Below, piece by piece: positions 39,741-50,048 of a DNA stretch of 64,000 bases. The stretch is from an uncultured Clostridium sp. (GTDB lineage Bacteria > Bacillota > Clostridia > TANB77 > CAG-508). Position 1 is the first letter of the stretch. Each line of letters begins with the position of its first letter. The stretch lies in assembly GCA_902461935.1 (NCBI GenBank), contig CABPZP010000005.1:4054-68053 (forward strand), in the 5' to 3' direction. Below the pieces are notes generated by a model. It had not been told where the DNA came from and made no database searches. It was given only the letters and a program-made list of their open reading frames with translations. Position numbers and translations under genes: made by a program.

Positions 39741-42032
39741 ATGACAAAAGAGATTAGCGATAAATTAAATATGGTAAAAGAAAAATTAAATTACATAGGT
39801 TTAAATTTAGAAGAAATACCAGAATTTTTAAGAAAAAATGAACAACTGGAATTTAAAACTATACACGAAAATGAATTTAAAAAATATAAAGTATACAAAT
39901 TTATAGATGTAAGAGATATTCAAATATTAATAACACCTAAAAATAGATTAGACCCAATAACAGAAAAACAAAAACAAGCTAAAAGAATAATTAATTATCT
40001 AGAACCAAAGGAAGAAGAAGACATTCCTTTACAGGCAGAATTTTTGCAAATGCTAAATAAAGTTGAAATACAAGATATTGAAAAAATAGATGAAATTCAA
40101 AAAGCTATAAACAAAAAGATTCCATTTAAAGTAGAATACGAAAATAATTTTTTATGGGAAATATATTATTCAGAGGCATATAAAAAATACTTTATGCTAG
40201 TACCTCTTGAAGATTCAGATTATTCAAGTTTGTTCTATTTACTAAAAAAACAAATAGAAGCCAATAAAAGAAACAGAGCAAGTAAAATATTTGTACCAAT
40301 ATGTTTTATGGAGTATACAGGTGTATATTTGAAAAAAACAGAAATAGCAGATATAGAAAATAGTATGTGGTTATTTGCAGGAGATTGGCCTAATATTTAT
40401 GAAGTATTTGATAAAAAAGATGTACTAACAATTCAAATAGTAGGAAAAACATTTGTATATGATAATTTAACAAGCGATTATAAAATTACACTAAAAACAA
40501 AAGAAGATGCAATAAAATTTTATAAATATATAAAAGCTTTATTCATATTGCAAAGTGAATTGCCACATAAATATAAATTTATACCTAAAATAGATAGATA
40601 TGGAAGTTTAGATTTATATTATGATGACAAGAAAATAAACTATGAAGATTTACCAGAATTTATAAAAAAAGAATATGATAATACAATAAAAGAACTAGAA
40701 CAAATAACAACTGAAGTAAACAATGCTAAAGAAGAAATAGAAGAAAAGAAAAAAATATCAAAACAAAAAGAAAAAGAATATTTTCAAAAGGAAAAAGAAA
40801 TTACATTATATTTAGAATGTAAAAAAAGCTTTTTTGGGAAAATAAAATATTTCTTTAAACATAAAAAAATGGTAAAACAAATAAACAAAGAAGAAGAGAA
40901 AACAGAAAAAACAAATATTGAAAAAGAAACCTATAGTGTAGAAGAAAAGCAATATTACAACATAGAGGATTTAATAAATATAAATAAAAGATATAATGAA
41001 ATTGACTTAGAATATAAAAATTTAAAACTAGACATAGAAGCATTAGATGAAAAAATTAGCATGATGGAAAGAAAAATAAAAAATGCTATTTTATATATTG
41101 AGGAAATAGATAAGCACAACAAAAGTATATTTGAATTTTGGAAGTTTACAAATAAAGATGAAAAACAAGCATTAGCAGAAGGCACAGGAGAAGCGGAAGA
41201 AACAAAAAATATGAAAATAGAAAAAACTTTTAAAATTGAAACAGATTTTGAAGAATTTTCAATAAGAACAGATAGTAATCAAAGAAAAAAATTAACAAAA
41301 GAACAATGCGATGCAATATTTCTTACTCAAACAAATCTATTAGAACAAATAAATATAATAAAGGCATATGTTGGTAAAGATAAAAAAATAAGTAAAAAAG
41401 ATGAAGCAATAATAAAAATAAAATTAGAAATGCTACAAGAAGAAGCGAATAAAAATCAAGAACTGTTTGAAAAAGAAGAATTTGATATTTTCGGAGGTCT
41501 ATCAGAAGATCATACAAAAATAAAATACTTAAATGGTAAAAAACATAGAGAAACAGAAAGAAATAAATTTAAAATATTAGATCTTAATAAAAATACAAAG
41601 CCAGAAGAATATATACAAACTCTTAAAAAGTATATAGAAGAAATACAAAAAGCTTTAGAAACAAATACAGCAAGTGTAAGTATGCCAATATATAAGGTTA
41701 CAGAGCAAAAATTAGAAGAAAAGAATTTTGAAATTTTTAATATAAATATAGAAAATACAATAGAAAAAAATCAAGAAGATAAACTAAATTTATATAAAAT
41801 TAATATAAAAGAAATGGACAATATTGTATATTTAACTAATATAGTTTATTACAATAATAATAACGAAACCTTGCCATTAGGAATGGATATAACAGACAAA
41901 GCATTAGTAGATTTAAATGAATATGAATTAGAACTTGTAAATAAAGACACAATAAAATTAAATGAACAAGAAGGTTTATATAATAAAGTAAAAACTATAA
42001 ATGTATATGAATACGATATATCTAAAAACTAA
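39741..42032 (+). CDS. large Lys/Glu-rich coiled-coil protein (about 760 aa), unknown function
   Basis: Globular N-terminal domain of about 330 aa, then about 430 aa of heptad-like K/E-rich sequence; RBS GGAGG; starts 13 nt after the upstream membrane gene. Confidence 0.4.
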   Translation: MTKEISDKLNMVKEKLNYIGLNLEEIPEFLRKNEQLEFKTIHENEFKKYKVYKFIDVRDIQILITPKNRLDPITEKQKQAKRIINYLEPKEEEDIPLQAEFLQMLNKVEIQDIEKIDEIQKAINKKIPFKVEYENNFLWEIYYSEAYKKYFMLVPLEDSDYSSLFYLLKKQIEANKRNRASKIFVPICFMEYTGVYLKKTEIADIENSMWLFAGDWPNIYEVFDKKDVLTIQIVGKTFVYDNLTSDYKITLKTKEDAIKFYKYIKALFILQSELPHKYKFIPKIDRYGSLDLYYDDKKINYEDLPEFIKKEYDNTIKELEQITTEVNNAKEEIEEKKKISKQKEKEYFQKEKEITLYLECKKSFFGKIKYFFKHKKMVKQINKEEEKTEKTNIEKETYSVEEKQYYNIEDLININKRYNEIDLEYKNLKLDIEALDEKISMMERKIKNAILYIEEIDKHNKSIFEFWKFTNKDEKQALAEGTGEAEETKNMKIEKTFKIETDFEEFSIRTDSNQRKKLTKEQCDAIFLTQTNLLEQINIIKAYVGKDKKISKKDEAIIKIKLEMLQEEANKNQELFEKEEFDIFGGLSEDHTKIKYLNGKKHRETERNKFKILDLNKNTKPEEYIQTLKKYIEEIQKALETNTASVSMPIYKVTEQKLEEKNFEIFNINIENTIEKNQEDKLNLYKINIKEMDNIVYLTNIVYYNNNNETLPLGMDITDKALVDLNEYELELVNKDTIKLNEQEGLYNKVKTINVYEYDISKN

Positions 42033-42044
42033 GGAGGAAAAATT

Positions 42045-43229
42045 ATGAATAATAGATTTATTATAATGGTATTAGATGGATTTGGAGCTGGAGAAGCTCC
42101 AGATGCAGACAAATATGGAGACTGTGGAAGTGCAACTTTTCAGCACATTTATGAGCAAACACACTTAGAATTACCAAATATGAAAAAGCTAGGAATATTC
42201 AATATAGATGGTATAAATCTAGAAAATAAAGAAGAAAATGTAATAGGTTGCTATGGAAAAGCACAAGAAAAAGCCGCTGGAAAAAATAGTCCAGTAGGGC
42301 ATTGGGAAATGAGTGGATATGTAAATGAAGTTGCATTTGCAACATATCCAAATGGATTTCCTGAAGAAATGATAGAAGAATTTAAACAAAAAACAGGATT
42401 ACAAGGAACTTTATACAATGGGGTAGGTTCTGGAACAGATTTATTAAAAAAATATGGAGAAGAACATATGAAAACAGGGTATCCAATAGTGTATACTTCT
42501 GCAGATAGTGTATTTCAAATAGCTGCACATGAAGATATAATTCCTGTTGAAAAACTATATGAAATATGTAAAATAGCAAGAGAAATGTTAAATAATCCAA
42601 AATATAATGTTGGAACAGTTATAGCAAGACCATTTGTTGGAGATAAAGCAGAAAACTTCACAAGAACATATAATAGAAAAGACTTTGAAGCGGAAAACTT
42701 TGGAAGAACAATGTTAGATGTATTAAATGAAAACAACAAAAAAGTGTTAGCAATAGGAAAAATAAATGATTTATTCTCAGGAAGAGGAATAGAAAAAAGT
42801 ATTCATACACAAGGAAATGCAGATGGAATAGAAAAAACAATAGAAGCAATAAAAGAAGACAACGAATATAAATTAATATATACAAATTTAGTAGACTTTG
42901 ATATGCTTTATGGACACAGAAACAATGTAGAAGGATATGCAAAAGCTTTAGAATATTTTGATAGTAAATTGCCAGAAATAATGGAAAACATGAAGCAAGA
43001 AGATATATTAATAATAACAGCAGACCATGGAAACGACCCAGCAACACCAAGCACAGACCATTCAAGAGAATATGTACCAATATTAGTATATGGAAAGAAT
43101 TTAAAACAAAATATAAATTTAGGAACACGAAAAACCTATGCGGACATAGCCTCAACAATATTAGATATGTGTGATTTAGAACAATTAAAATATGGGGAAA
43201 GCTTTAAAGAAGAAATAATAAAAAAATAG
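42045..43229 (+). CDS. deoB: phosphopentomutase
   Basis: MVLDGFGAGEAPDA metal-binding N-terminus, alkaline-phosphatase-like core, TADHGNDP motif. Confidence 0.85.
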   Translation: MNNRFIIMVLDGFGAGEAPDADKYGDCGSATFQHIYEQTHLELPNMKKLGIFNIDGINLENKEENVIGCYGKAQEKAAGKNSPVGHWEMSGYVNEVAFATYPNGFPEEMIEEFKQKTGLQGTLYNGVGSGTDLLKKYGEEHMKTGYPIVYTSADSVFQIAAHEDIIPVEKLYEICKIAREMLNNPKYNVGTVIARPFVGDKAENFTRTYNRKDFEAENFGRTMLDVLNENNKKVLAIGKINDLFSGRGIEKSIHTQGNADGIEKTIEAIKEDNEYKLIYTNLVDFDMLYGHRNNVEGYAKALEYFDSKLPEIMENMKQEDILIITADHGNDPATPSTDHSREYVPILVYGKNLKQNINLGTRKTYADIASTILDMCDLEQLKYGESFKEEIIKK

Positions 43230-43336
43230 ATATATTACAGGTAAATTATAAGTATAATATTGTATACATAATTTAAATATGATATAATATAGATATGTTT
43301 AATTGTTGACTTTTTATCAGAGACAGGAGGAAAAAT

Positions 43337-43615
43337 ATGAGGATGGATAGATATGGCATCAAAGATAAAAATGAGAGATTTCTCGGAATATTAGAGATAA
43401 GAAAAATAAATCGGGAAATTTTAAAAATCTCTAAAATAAGCATAGGAGAAGACGAGAAATCACTTAGAAACGGAGAGGAAATTCGAAATTTTCTAGCTGA
43501 CGAATATTCGGGAGTAAAGTATTTTCTTGTAGAGGAAAAAAACTTCTGGATAGGAGGAGCACTGGTTTCAATGAGCGTTCATGATAATGAGATGAAAGCG
43601 CTCATAAAAAAATGA
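43337..43615 (+). CDS. hypothetical small protein (possible gene remnant), GC-richer than surroundings
   Basis: 92-aa ORF followed by hairpin CAAGGCTATATATTATAGCCTTG, then the IS remnant. Confidence 0.3.
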   Translation: MRMDRYGIKDKNERFLGILEIRKINREILKISKISIGEDEKSLRNGEEIRNFLADEYSGVKYFLVEEKNFWIGGALVSMSVHDNEMKALIKK

Positions 43616-43651
43616 TAAAAACATCAAGGCTATATATTATAGCCTTGATTA

Positions 43652-44045
43652 TTTTTTTATTCAGATAAAAAGTAAAGAAGATGTAATAAAAACGGCAAGA
43701 TGTTACTTAGATAGATGGAGAATTGAAGAGTATTTCAAATTTAAAAAGCAAGAATATAACTTTGAAAATTTTAGAGTAAGAACATTGAAATCAATAAATA
43801 ATTTAAATAAAATGCTCACATATGCAATTGGATTAGTAGCGATGCTTAGCGAAAAAATTGGAAAAAGAAAATTTGTAAATAAAATAATAAAAGAATCAAA
43901 ATCTTTAAAAACGAATGTATATCTATGGTTTTATCAACTAGCAAGAGGAATATATAACATATTATCAAAGACAAGATGTGAAATAAGAGAATGGGAAAAT
44001 ATAAGAAAAACCAAAGAGTATGATGGACAGCTGTGCTTATTGTAG
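43652..44045 (+). mobile_element. IS4-family (DDE) transposase C-terminal remnant
   Basis: Open frame of about 130 aa with no proper start, containing TARCYLDRWRIEEYFKFKKQ (the RWxIE…K signature of the IS4-family C-terminal region). Confidence 0.5.
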
Positions 44046-44380
44046 AGATATTATTTACATAATGTTAATAAACCTATTTTGTATAGGTTTATTAAGGGAT
44101 GTTTAAAATAAAAGAATTGGTAGTATATGAATAAATATATCCATATTTTACCAATTATCTATTTTTAAATAATTTATTTCTGCAAAAAACCGAAACTTAA
44201 ATAGCAAAAAATGTTGTATTATTATGTGAAATGTGCTAAAATAGATGAGTATGCAAATCTAAAAAATAAGAAAAGAAAAAAGGATTCCAGAGTATGTTTA
44301 TAACAACTCATGGCTTGCTAAAAAATAATACTGGGACACAATGAATTTTATTTATTGTGTTCTTTTATTTAGGAGACCAA

Positions 44381-45223
44381 ATGAACATAGAAGAAATATT
44401 AAAAAAAGAAATAAATAATTTAAAACAAAACAACATAGAAAATAGCACATTAAAAGTAAAAATATTACTTGCAAATATACTAAATGTAAAAAAAGAATAT
44501 TTATTAATACATAGTGAAGAGGAAGTAAAACAAGAAGATAAAATAAAATATGAAAATAATATAAACGAATTAATAAAAGGAAAGCCTCTTCAATATATAA
44601 CAAATAAACAAGAATTTATGGGGCTAAATTTCTATGTAGATGAAAATGTTCTAATACCTCAACCAGATACGGAAATTCTAGTTGAAAAAGCAATTGAAAT
44701 AGCGGAAACAACACAGAAAAATAAGATATTAGATATGTGCACAGGAAGCGGATGCATAGCAATATCATTAGCAAAAAATATAAATAATGCTCAAATAATA
44801 GCAACTGATATATCAAATAATGCCTTAAATGTTGCAAATAAAAATGCTATAAACCATAATGTAGAAAATAAAATAAAATTTATAAATTCAGATATGTTTA
44901 ACAATATAGAAGAAAAGTTTGATATAATAGTTTCAAATCCACCATATATAGAAACGGTAACAATAAATAAACTAGAAATAGAAGTGCAAAATGAACCTCA
45001 TTTAGCCTTAGATGGTGGAATAGATGGCCTAAAATTTTATAAGATAATTGCTAATAATGCATTTAAATATTTGAACGAAAATGGCTATTTGTTACTTGAA
45101 ATAGGCTATAATCAACAAGAAAGTGTAACGCAACTATTACAAGATACAGGAAAATACAAAAACATAGAAACAATAAAAGATTTAGGTGGTAATTATAGAG
45201 TTGTAATTGCAAGAAAGGAATAA
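44381..45223 (+). CDS. prmC: release factor glutamine N5-methyltransferase
   Basis: HemK/PrmC pattern with MCTGSGCIAISL SAM site and IIVSNPPYI (NPPY) motif. Confidence 0.8.
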   Translation: MNIEEILKKEINNLKQNNIENSTLKVKILLANILNVKKEYLLIHSEEEVKQEDKIKYENNINELIKGKPLQYITNKQEFMGLNFYVDENVLIPQPDTEILVEKAIEIAETTQKNKILDMCTGSGCIAISLAKNINNAQIIATDISNNALNVANKNAINHNVENKIKFINSDMFNNIEEKFDIIVSNPPYIETVTINKLEIEVQNEPHLALDGGIDGLKFYKIIANNAFKYLNENGYLLLEIGYNQQESVTQLLQDTGKYKNIETIKDLGGNYRVVIARKE

Positions 45224-45225
45224 AA

Positions 45226-46086
45226 ATGTCTTTTTCATCTGAAATAAAAGAAGAATTAAGCAAAACAAATAATTTAAAAAACAAAGAAGAGGTAAAATAT
45301 GAATTTTTAGGTTATTTAATTTCTTCTAATATATCTATAAAAAAGAATAAAATAGAATATTCAACAGAAAACGAATACAACATTAATAGACTAAACAAAC
45401 TACTTAATAACTTAAATATAGATTACGATATATGTGTAAAAGGAAATTTATTTGTAATTAAATTTGATATAGAAAATATAGAATATTATATAAATTTATT
45501 AAGCAATATAGAAAAAGAAAATCTAAAAAAAGCCTTTATAAGAGGCAGTTTTTTAGGTTCAGGTTCAATAAATGATCCTAAAAAAAAATATCATATAGAA
45601 GTTTCATTAGAAAATAAAGAATATGCAAATATCTTAAAAAATATTTTGAACGAGTTTAATATTATTTTTAAAGAATTAGAAAGAAAATCGAGTTATTCAT
45701 TATATAGCAAAGATGGAGAAGAAATATCAAAATTTCTAGCTCTAATTGGTGCTTCAAAAGCGGTAATAAATTTTGAGGAAATACGTGTAATAAGAGATAT
45801 TAGAAATAATGTAAATAGAAAAGTAAATTGTGAAACAGCAAATCTAAATAAAACAGTTAATGCAGCCGTTAGGCAAATAGAAGATATTAAATTTATTTAT
45901 AATTCAAAGGCAGAAGATAAACTTTCAGATAGTTTAAAAGAAATTGCAAATTTAAGAATGGAAAATCCAGACATAAGTTTAGTAGAACTTGGAAAATTAT
46001 TAAAAGAGCCTATTGGAAAGTCTGGGGTAAACCATAGATTGAAAAAGATTCAAGAAATAGCAAACGAATTAAGGGGAAATAAATGA
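45226..46086 (+). CDS. whiA: sporulation/cell-division regulator WhiA
   Basis: MSFSSEIKEEL N-terminus, degenerate LAGLIDADG-like repeats (RGSFLGSGSINDP), C-terminal HTH GKSGVNHRLKKIQEIA. Confidence 0.7.
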   Translation: MSFSSEIKEELSKTNNLKNKEEVKYEFLGYLISSNISIKKNKIEYSTENEYNINRLNKLLNNLNIDYDICVKGNLFVIKFDIENIEYYINLLSNIEKENLKKAFIRGSFLGSGSINDPKKKYHIEVSLENKEYANILKNILNEFNIIFKELERKSSYSLYSKDGEEISKFLALIGASKAVINFEEIRVIRDIRNNVNRKVNCETANLNKTVNAAVRQIEDIKFIYNSKAEDKLSDSLKEIANLRMENPDISLVELGKLLKEPIGKSGVNHRLKKIQEIANELRGNK

Positions 46087-47201
46087 AAAAAATAGGAATA
46101 TATATTCATATACCTTTTTGTGCAAAAAAATGTAACTATTGTGATTTTATTTCATTTGAAAATATGAAACCTAGAGAAAACGAATATATACAAGCATTAA
46201 AAAAAGAAATAATAGAAAATAACAATAGCCAGTATATGGTAAATACTATTTATATAGGAGGGGGAACCCCTTCTTATATTAACAGTAAAAGTATTGTAGA
46301 AATTATAAATACCATAAAGAAAAATTATGAAATAAATAAAAATGCAGAAATTACAATAGAAGTAAATCCAGGAACAGTAAACAGAGAAAAGTTAGAGGAG
46401 TATATAAAAGTAGGAATTAATAGAATAAGTATTGGTTTGCAATCTACAAACAATAAATTGCTAAAAACTATAGGAAGAATTCATACATATGAACAATTTT
46501 TAGAAACCTATAAACTAGCACAAGAAGTTGGTTTTAAAAATATAAATGTAGATTTAATGCTTGCATTACCAAACCAAACAATTAAAAATTTAGAAGATTC
46601 TGTAGATAAAATAATAAAATTAAATCCAAACCATATATCTATTTATTCATTAATTCTAGAAGAAAAAACTAAAATGTATAACGATGTAATGGCAGGAAAA
46701 TATGTACTTCCAGAAGATAATTTCGAAAGAAAAATGTATTGGCTTGTAAAAAATAAATTAGAAAGAAGCGGATATATTCATTATGAAATATCAAACTTTG
46801 CTCAAAAAGGCTATGAATCAAAACACAATTCAGACTGTTGGGAGCAAAAAGAATACTTAGGATTTGGACTTGCAGCACATTCATATCTTAACAAGAAAAG
46901 ATATTCAAATACTACTAATTTTAATGAATATATTGAAGATTATAAGAAATATATAAACATAGAAGAAGAGCAAAATAAAGAATACGAACAAAAAGAATAT
47001 ATGATGTTAGGATTAAGAAAAATAGAAGGAGTAAACATACAAAAATTTAAAAATAAATTCATGGAAAATCCTTTATACATATACAAAAATGAAATAGAAA
47101 AATTAGTAAGCGAAAAACTTTTAGAAATAGATTTAAATAATATAAAATTAACTAAAAAAGGAATAGACTTAGCAAATTTAGTGTGGGAAGAATTTGTATA
47201 A
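46083..47201 (+). CDS. hemW: radical SAM heme chaperone HemW (HemN-like)
   Basis: HIPFCAKKCNYCDF CxxxCxxC motif, GGGTPS motif, HemN C-terminal domain. Confidence 0.8.
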   Translation: MKKIGIYIHIPFCAKKCNYCDFISFENMKPRENEYIQALKKEIIENNNSQYMVNTIYIGGGTPSYINSKSIVEIINTIKKNYEINKNAEITIEVNPGTVNREKLEEYIKVGINRISIGLQSTNNKLLKTIGRIHTYEQFLETYKLAQEVGFKNINVDLMLALPNQTIKNLEDSVDKIIKLNPNHISIYSLILEEKTKMYNDVMAGKYVLPEDNFERKMYWLVKNKLERSGYIHYEISNFAQKGYESKHNSDCWEQKEYLGFGLAAHSYLNKKRYSNTTNFNEYIEDYKKYINIEEEQNKEYEQKEYMMLGLRKIEGVNIQKFKNKFMENPLYIYKNEIEKLVSEKLLEIDLNNIKLTKKGIDLANLVWEEFV

Positions 47202-47466
47202 AATTTAAAAGAAAACATAAAATATGCCATATAAATTCGAGAAAGTAAGGAACAAAATTGATTTTTAGGAACTTATATGGTATGTTTATAGAAAAGTTAA
47301 ATAAAAAAATTGAAAAGAAAAATATGTTAATATATAATTTAATTGTTTATTAGATATAATTAAAAATAAAAACAAAAGAAAAGGAGATAAAAAATGAATA
47401 AAATAGTTGAAAGCTTTGAGGCTGTAAGAGAGATATATAGAGAGATACTTAAAGAAAAGTGGGGTT

Positions 47467-49155
47467 TTGTTCAACAGTCTGACGCACGGAGGTGCTTTAA
47501 ATAATCACAAAAATAAAAAAGAAGGAAGAGAAATTTTCAAAAATGCCTCAAATTGTAGTGCAAAAACAAAAAATAAACATACCAATAAAAAAATAACGTC
47601 AAGCAATCTAATCTCAAACATCCAACGTCCAACCTCTAATTCTGCCATTACCTTAATTGCTCTAATAATAACCATAATTGTATTGCTAATTTTAGCCGGT
47701 GTAACTTTAAATATGATAATGGGAGAAAATGGAATAATAAAAAAAGCACAACTTGCAAAAAGCAAAACGGAAGAAGCACAACAGAAAGAAGAAAATGAAT
47801 TAGAAAATTTAAACAAACAAACAAATGACCAAAACTCAAATAATCCAGAAAATTTAGAAATTGATGATGAATTACAAAAAATCTTAAAAGAAGCAGGAAT
47901 GTCAATATCTACGGAGGATATTTTGAATACTTCAGCAATAATGGATAAAATAAAAGGCTTAATTCCAGAAGAAACTGAAGATACAGTTAAAAATAAAACA
48001 ACAGAAAATGGAATAATTGAATATGAGGATATATATGGAGGAAAAATAAGAACAAATGATGAATATTCAAATCGTTATGCATGGAAGGCATTAAATGGAA
48101 ATACTAACGATATGGCATATACATCTTTAAAATGTCAATCGAATTTTTATATAGAATATGAATTTCCAAATGAAGTATATGCAGTGAAAACAAAATTTTC
48201 AATAGGAAACGGTAGTAATTATACTGGGAAAAGAAGAATTGTTGTACAAGGATATAATGAGAAAAATAAAACATGGGAAAATATAACAGATGAATTAGTA
48301 TATAGTGGTAATCATGCTGCAATGAGTGAAATGAGAGATATAAATTTAAAATGCGAAAAATCATACAAAAGATTTAGATTACAATTTTTAAGTATAGAAG
48401 ATTCTACAGGATATGCTGCTGAAGATTCTTGTGTTATGATATTCCAACTATATGGAACAAAAAGTGAGCAGAACAATTTTGATGAACAAGATTTAATAAA
48501 TAAAATGTTAAGGGAAAATAATATAAAAATAAGTTTAAAAGATATGATGACAAATAAAGACTTTACAAAAAGGTTGTTAAACAAATTATCTATAGAAACA
48601 ATAAAAAATAATAATACTTTAAGAGAAAATGGATATGAATTAATACCAGAAGAATCAGAAAGTACAGTTAAAAATAAAACGACAGAAAATGGAATAATTG
48701 AATATGAGGATATATATGGAGGAAAAATAAGAACAAATGATGAGTATCCAGACAATTATGCATGGAAAGCATTTGATGGAAAAACACTAACTCAAACATA
48801 TGCATTAGCAGTAGCAAAACCAGCTGAATTTTATGTGGAATATGAATTTCCAAATGAAGTGTATGCACTAAAAACTAAATTTGTAATAACAAATAATAGT
48901 AAGTATAATGGAAAAAGAAGAGTAGTGATTCAAGGCTATAATGAAGAAAATAAAATTTGGAAAAATATAACAGAAGAATTAGTGTATAGTGGAAATTATA
49001 GTAGTTTACCTGAAGAAAGAAACATTAATTTAATATACGATAGACCATATAAAAGATTTAGATTACAATTTTTAAGCATAGAAGACTCAACTGGATATGG
49101 AGCACAAAATTCTGGAATTATAACATTTCAATTATACGGAAAAAACAAAAAGTAA
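47467..49155 (+). CDS. surface protein: long basic N-region, pilin-like hydrophobic segment, two tandem discoidin (F5/8 type C)-like domains
   Basis: Conserved PTSNSAITLIALIITIIVLLILAGVTLNMIMGENGI; two repeats of about 170 aa with AWKA(L/F)(N/D)G…RFRLQFLSIEDSTGY. Confidence 0.5.
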   Translation: MFNSLTHGGALNNHKNKKEGREIFKNASNCSAKTKNKHTNKKITSSNLISNIQRPTSNSAITLIALIITIIVLLILAGVTLNMIMGENGIIKKAQLAKSKTEEAQQKEENELENLNKQTNDQNSNNPENLEIDDELQKILKEAGMSISTEDILNTSAIMDKIKGLIPEETEDTVKNKTTENGIIEYEDIYGGKIRTNDEYSNRYAWKALNGNTNDMAYTSLKCQSNFYIEYEFPNEVYAVKTKFSIGNGSNYTGKRRIVVQGYNEKNKTWENITDELVYSGNHAAMSEMRDINLKCEKSYKRFRLQFLSIEDSTGYAAEDSCVMIFQLYGTKSEQNNFDEQDLINKMLRENNIKISLKDMMTNKDFTKRLLNKLSIETIKNNNTLRENGYELIPEESESTVKNKTTENGIIEYEDIYGGKIRTNDEYPDNYAWKAFDGKTLTQTYALAVAKPAEFYVEYEFPNEVYALKTKFVITNNSKYNGKRRVVIQGYNEENKIWKNITEELVYSGNYSSLPEERNINLIYDRPYKRFRLQFLSIEDSTGYGAQNSGIITFQLYGKNKK

Positions 49156-49306
49156 AAGAATATATATAAAATTTGACAATATTTAATATTTATGTTAAAA
49201 TTTGTAAATGTAATCCGCTTAATCGTGGTAAGTAAATGCTATGAAACAATTAGCTACCTTTGGTTTGGGATTAGCGAGTATACGAAAAAGGGAGGTGCAT
49301 TTAAGA

Positions 49307-49663
49307 ATGTACGCAATTATTGAAAGCTGTGGAAAACAATATAAAGTAGCAGAAGGAGATGTTGTTTTCTTTGAAAAATTAGATACTGAAGAAGGTAAAA
49401 AAGTTAGCTTTGATAAAGTTATTTTAGTATCTGATGAAGGAAAAGTAGAAATAGGAAATCCTTATGTTAAAGGTGCAAAAGTAGAAGGAAAAGTTGTAGC
49501 TCACGGTAAAGGTAAAAAAATAATTGTTTTCAAATATAAAGCTAAAAAGAATTATAGAAGAAAACAAGGACACAGACAACCTTACACAAAAGTTGAAATT
49601 ACAGCAGTTAAAACTTCTAGTGCAAAAAAAGCTACTGCTAAAGCAGAAAAAGTAGAAGCTTAA
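49307..49663 (+). CDS. rplU: 50S ribosomal protein L21
   Basis: [14 protein letters not shown]…; RBS AAGGGAGGTG; the track ORF starts upstream at 49241, in the leader. Confidence 0.9.
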   Translation: MYAIIESCGKQYKVAEGDVVFFEKLDTEEGKKVSFDKVILVSDEGKVEIGNPYVKGAKVEGKVVAHGKGKKIIVFKYKAKKNYRRKQGHRQPYTKVEITAVKTSSAKKATAKAEKVEA

Positions 49664-49725
49664 TGTTTAATTAGATATTTAATTAAAGAGATATAAAAAT
49701 TTAAATTGCGAAGGGAGTGAAAAAC

Positions 49726-50004
49726 ATGGCACATAAAAAAGGGCAAGGTAGTGTTAAAAACGGTAGAGACAGTGAGTCTAAACGTTTAGGTGTCAAAAGA
49801 GCAGATGGACAATTTGTTTTAGCAGGAAACATTCTTGTAAGACAAAGAGGAACACATATACATCCAGGAAAAAATGTTGGTATCGGTGGAGATGATACAT
49901 TATTTGCATTAGAATCTGGAATAGTAAAATTTGAGAAAAAAGGTAAAGACAAAAAACAAGTTAGTGTTTACCCAGAAGCAGAAGCTGATAAAGCTGAAGC
50001 ATAA
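49726..50004 (+). CDS. rpmA: 50S ribosomal protein L27 (no N-terminal propeptide)
   Basis: [25 protein letters not shown]…; RBS GGGAG; an in-frame stop lies 24 nt upstream, so no extension is possible. Confidence 0.9.
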   Translation: MAHKKGQGSVKNGRDSESKRLGVKRADGQFVLAGNILVRQRGTHIHPGKNVGIGGDDTLFALESGIVKFEKKGKDKKQVSVYPEAEADKAEA

Positions 50005-50008
50005 AAAA

Positions 50009-50035
50009 GAATTGCAGAAATGCAATTCTTTTTTT
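50009..50035 (+). terminator. intrinsic terminator of rplU-rpmA
   Basis: GAATTGCAGAAATGCAATTC plus T7. Confidence 0.75.
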
Positions 50036-50048
50036 ATGCCTTGAAAAC

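Noticed and set aside
47395-47505. 37-aa ORF (MNKIVESFEAVREIYREILKEKWGFVQQSDARRCFK) just upstream of the discoidin-domain gene
   Set aside because: It has an RBS-like AAGGAGA upstream but overlaps the start region of the larger gene in another frame, and there is no conservation evidence; it is left uncalled.
49241-49306. N-terminal extension of L21 (track ORF starts at 49241)
   Set aside because: The conserved L21 N-terminus MYAIIE begins at 49307 with a strong RBS; the upstream part is leader RNA.
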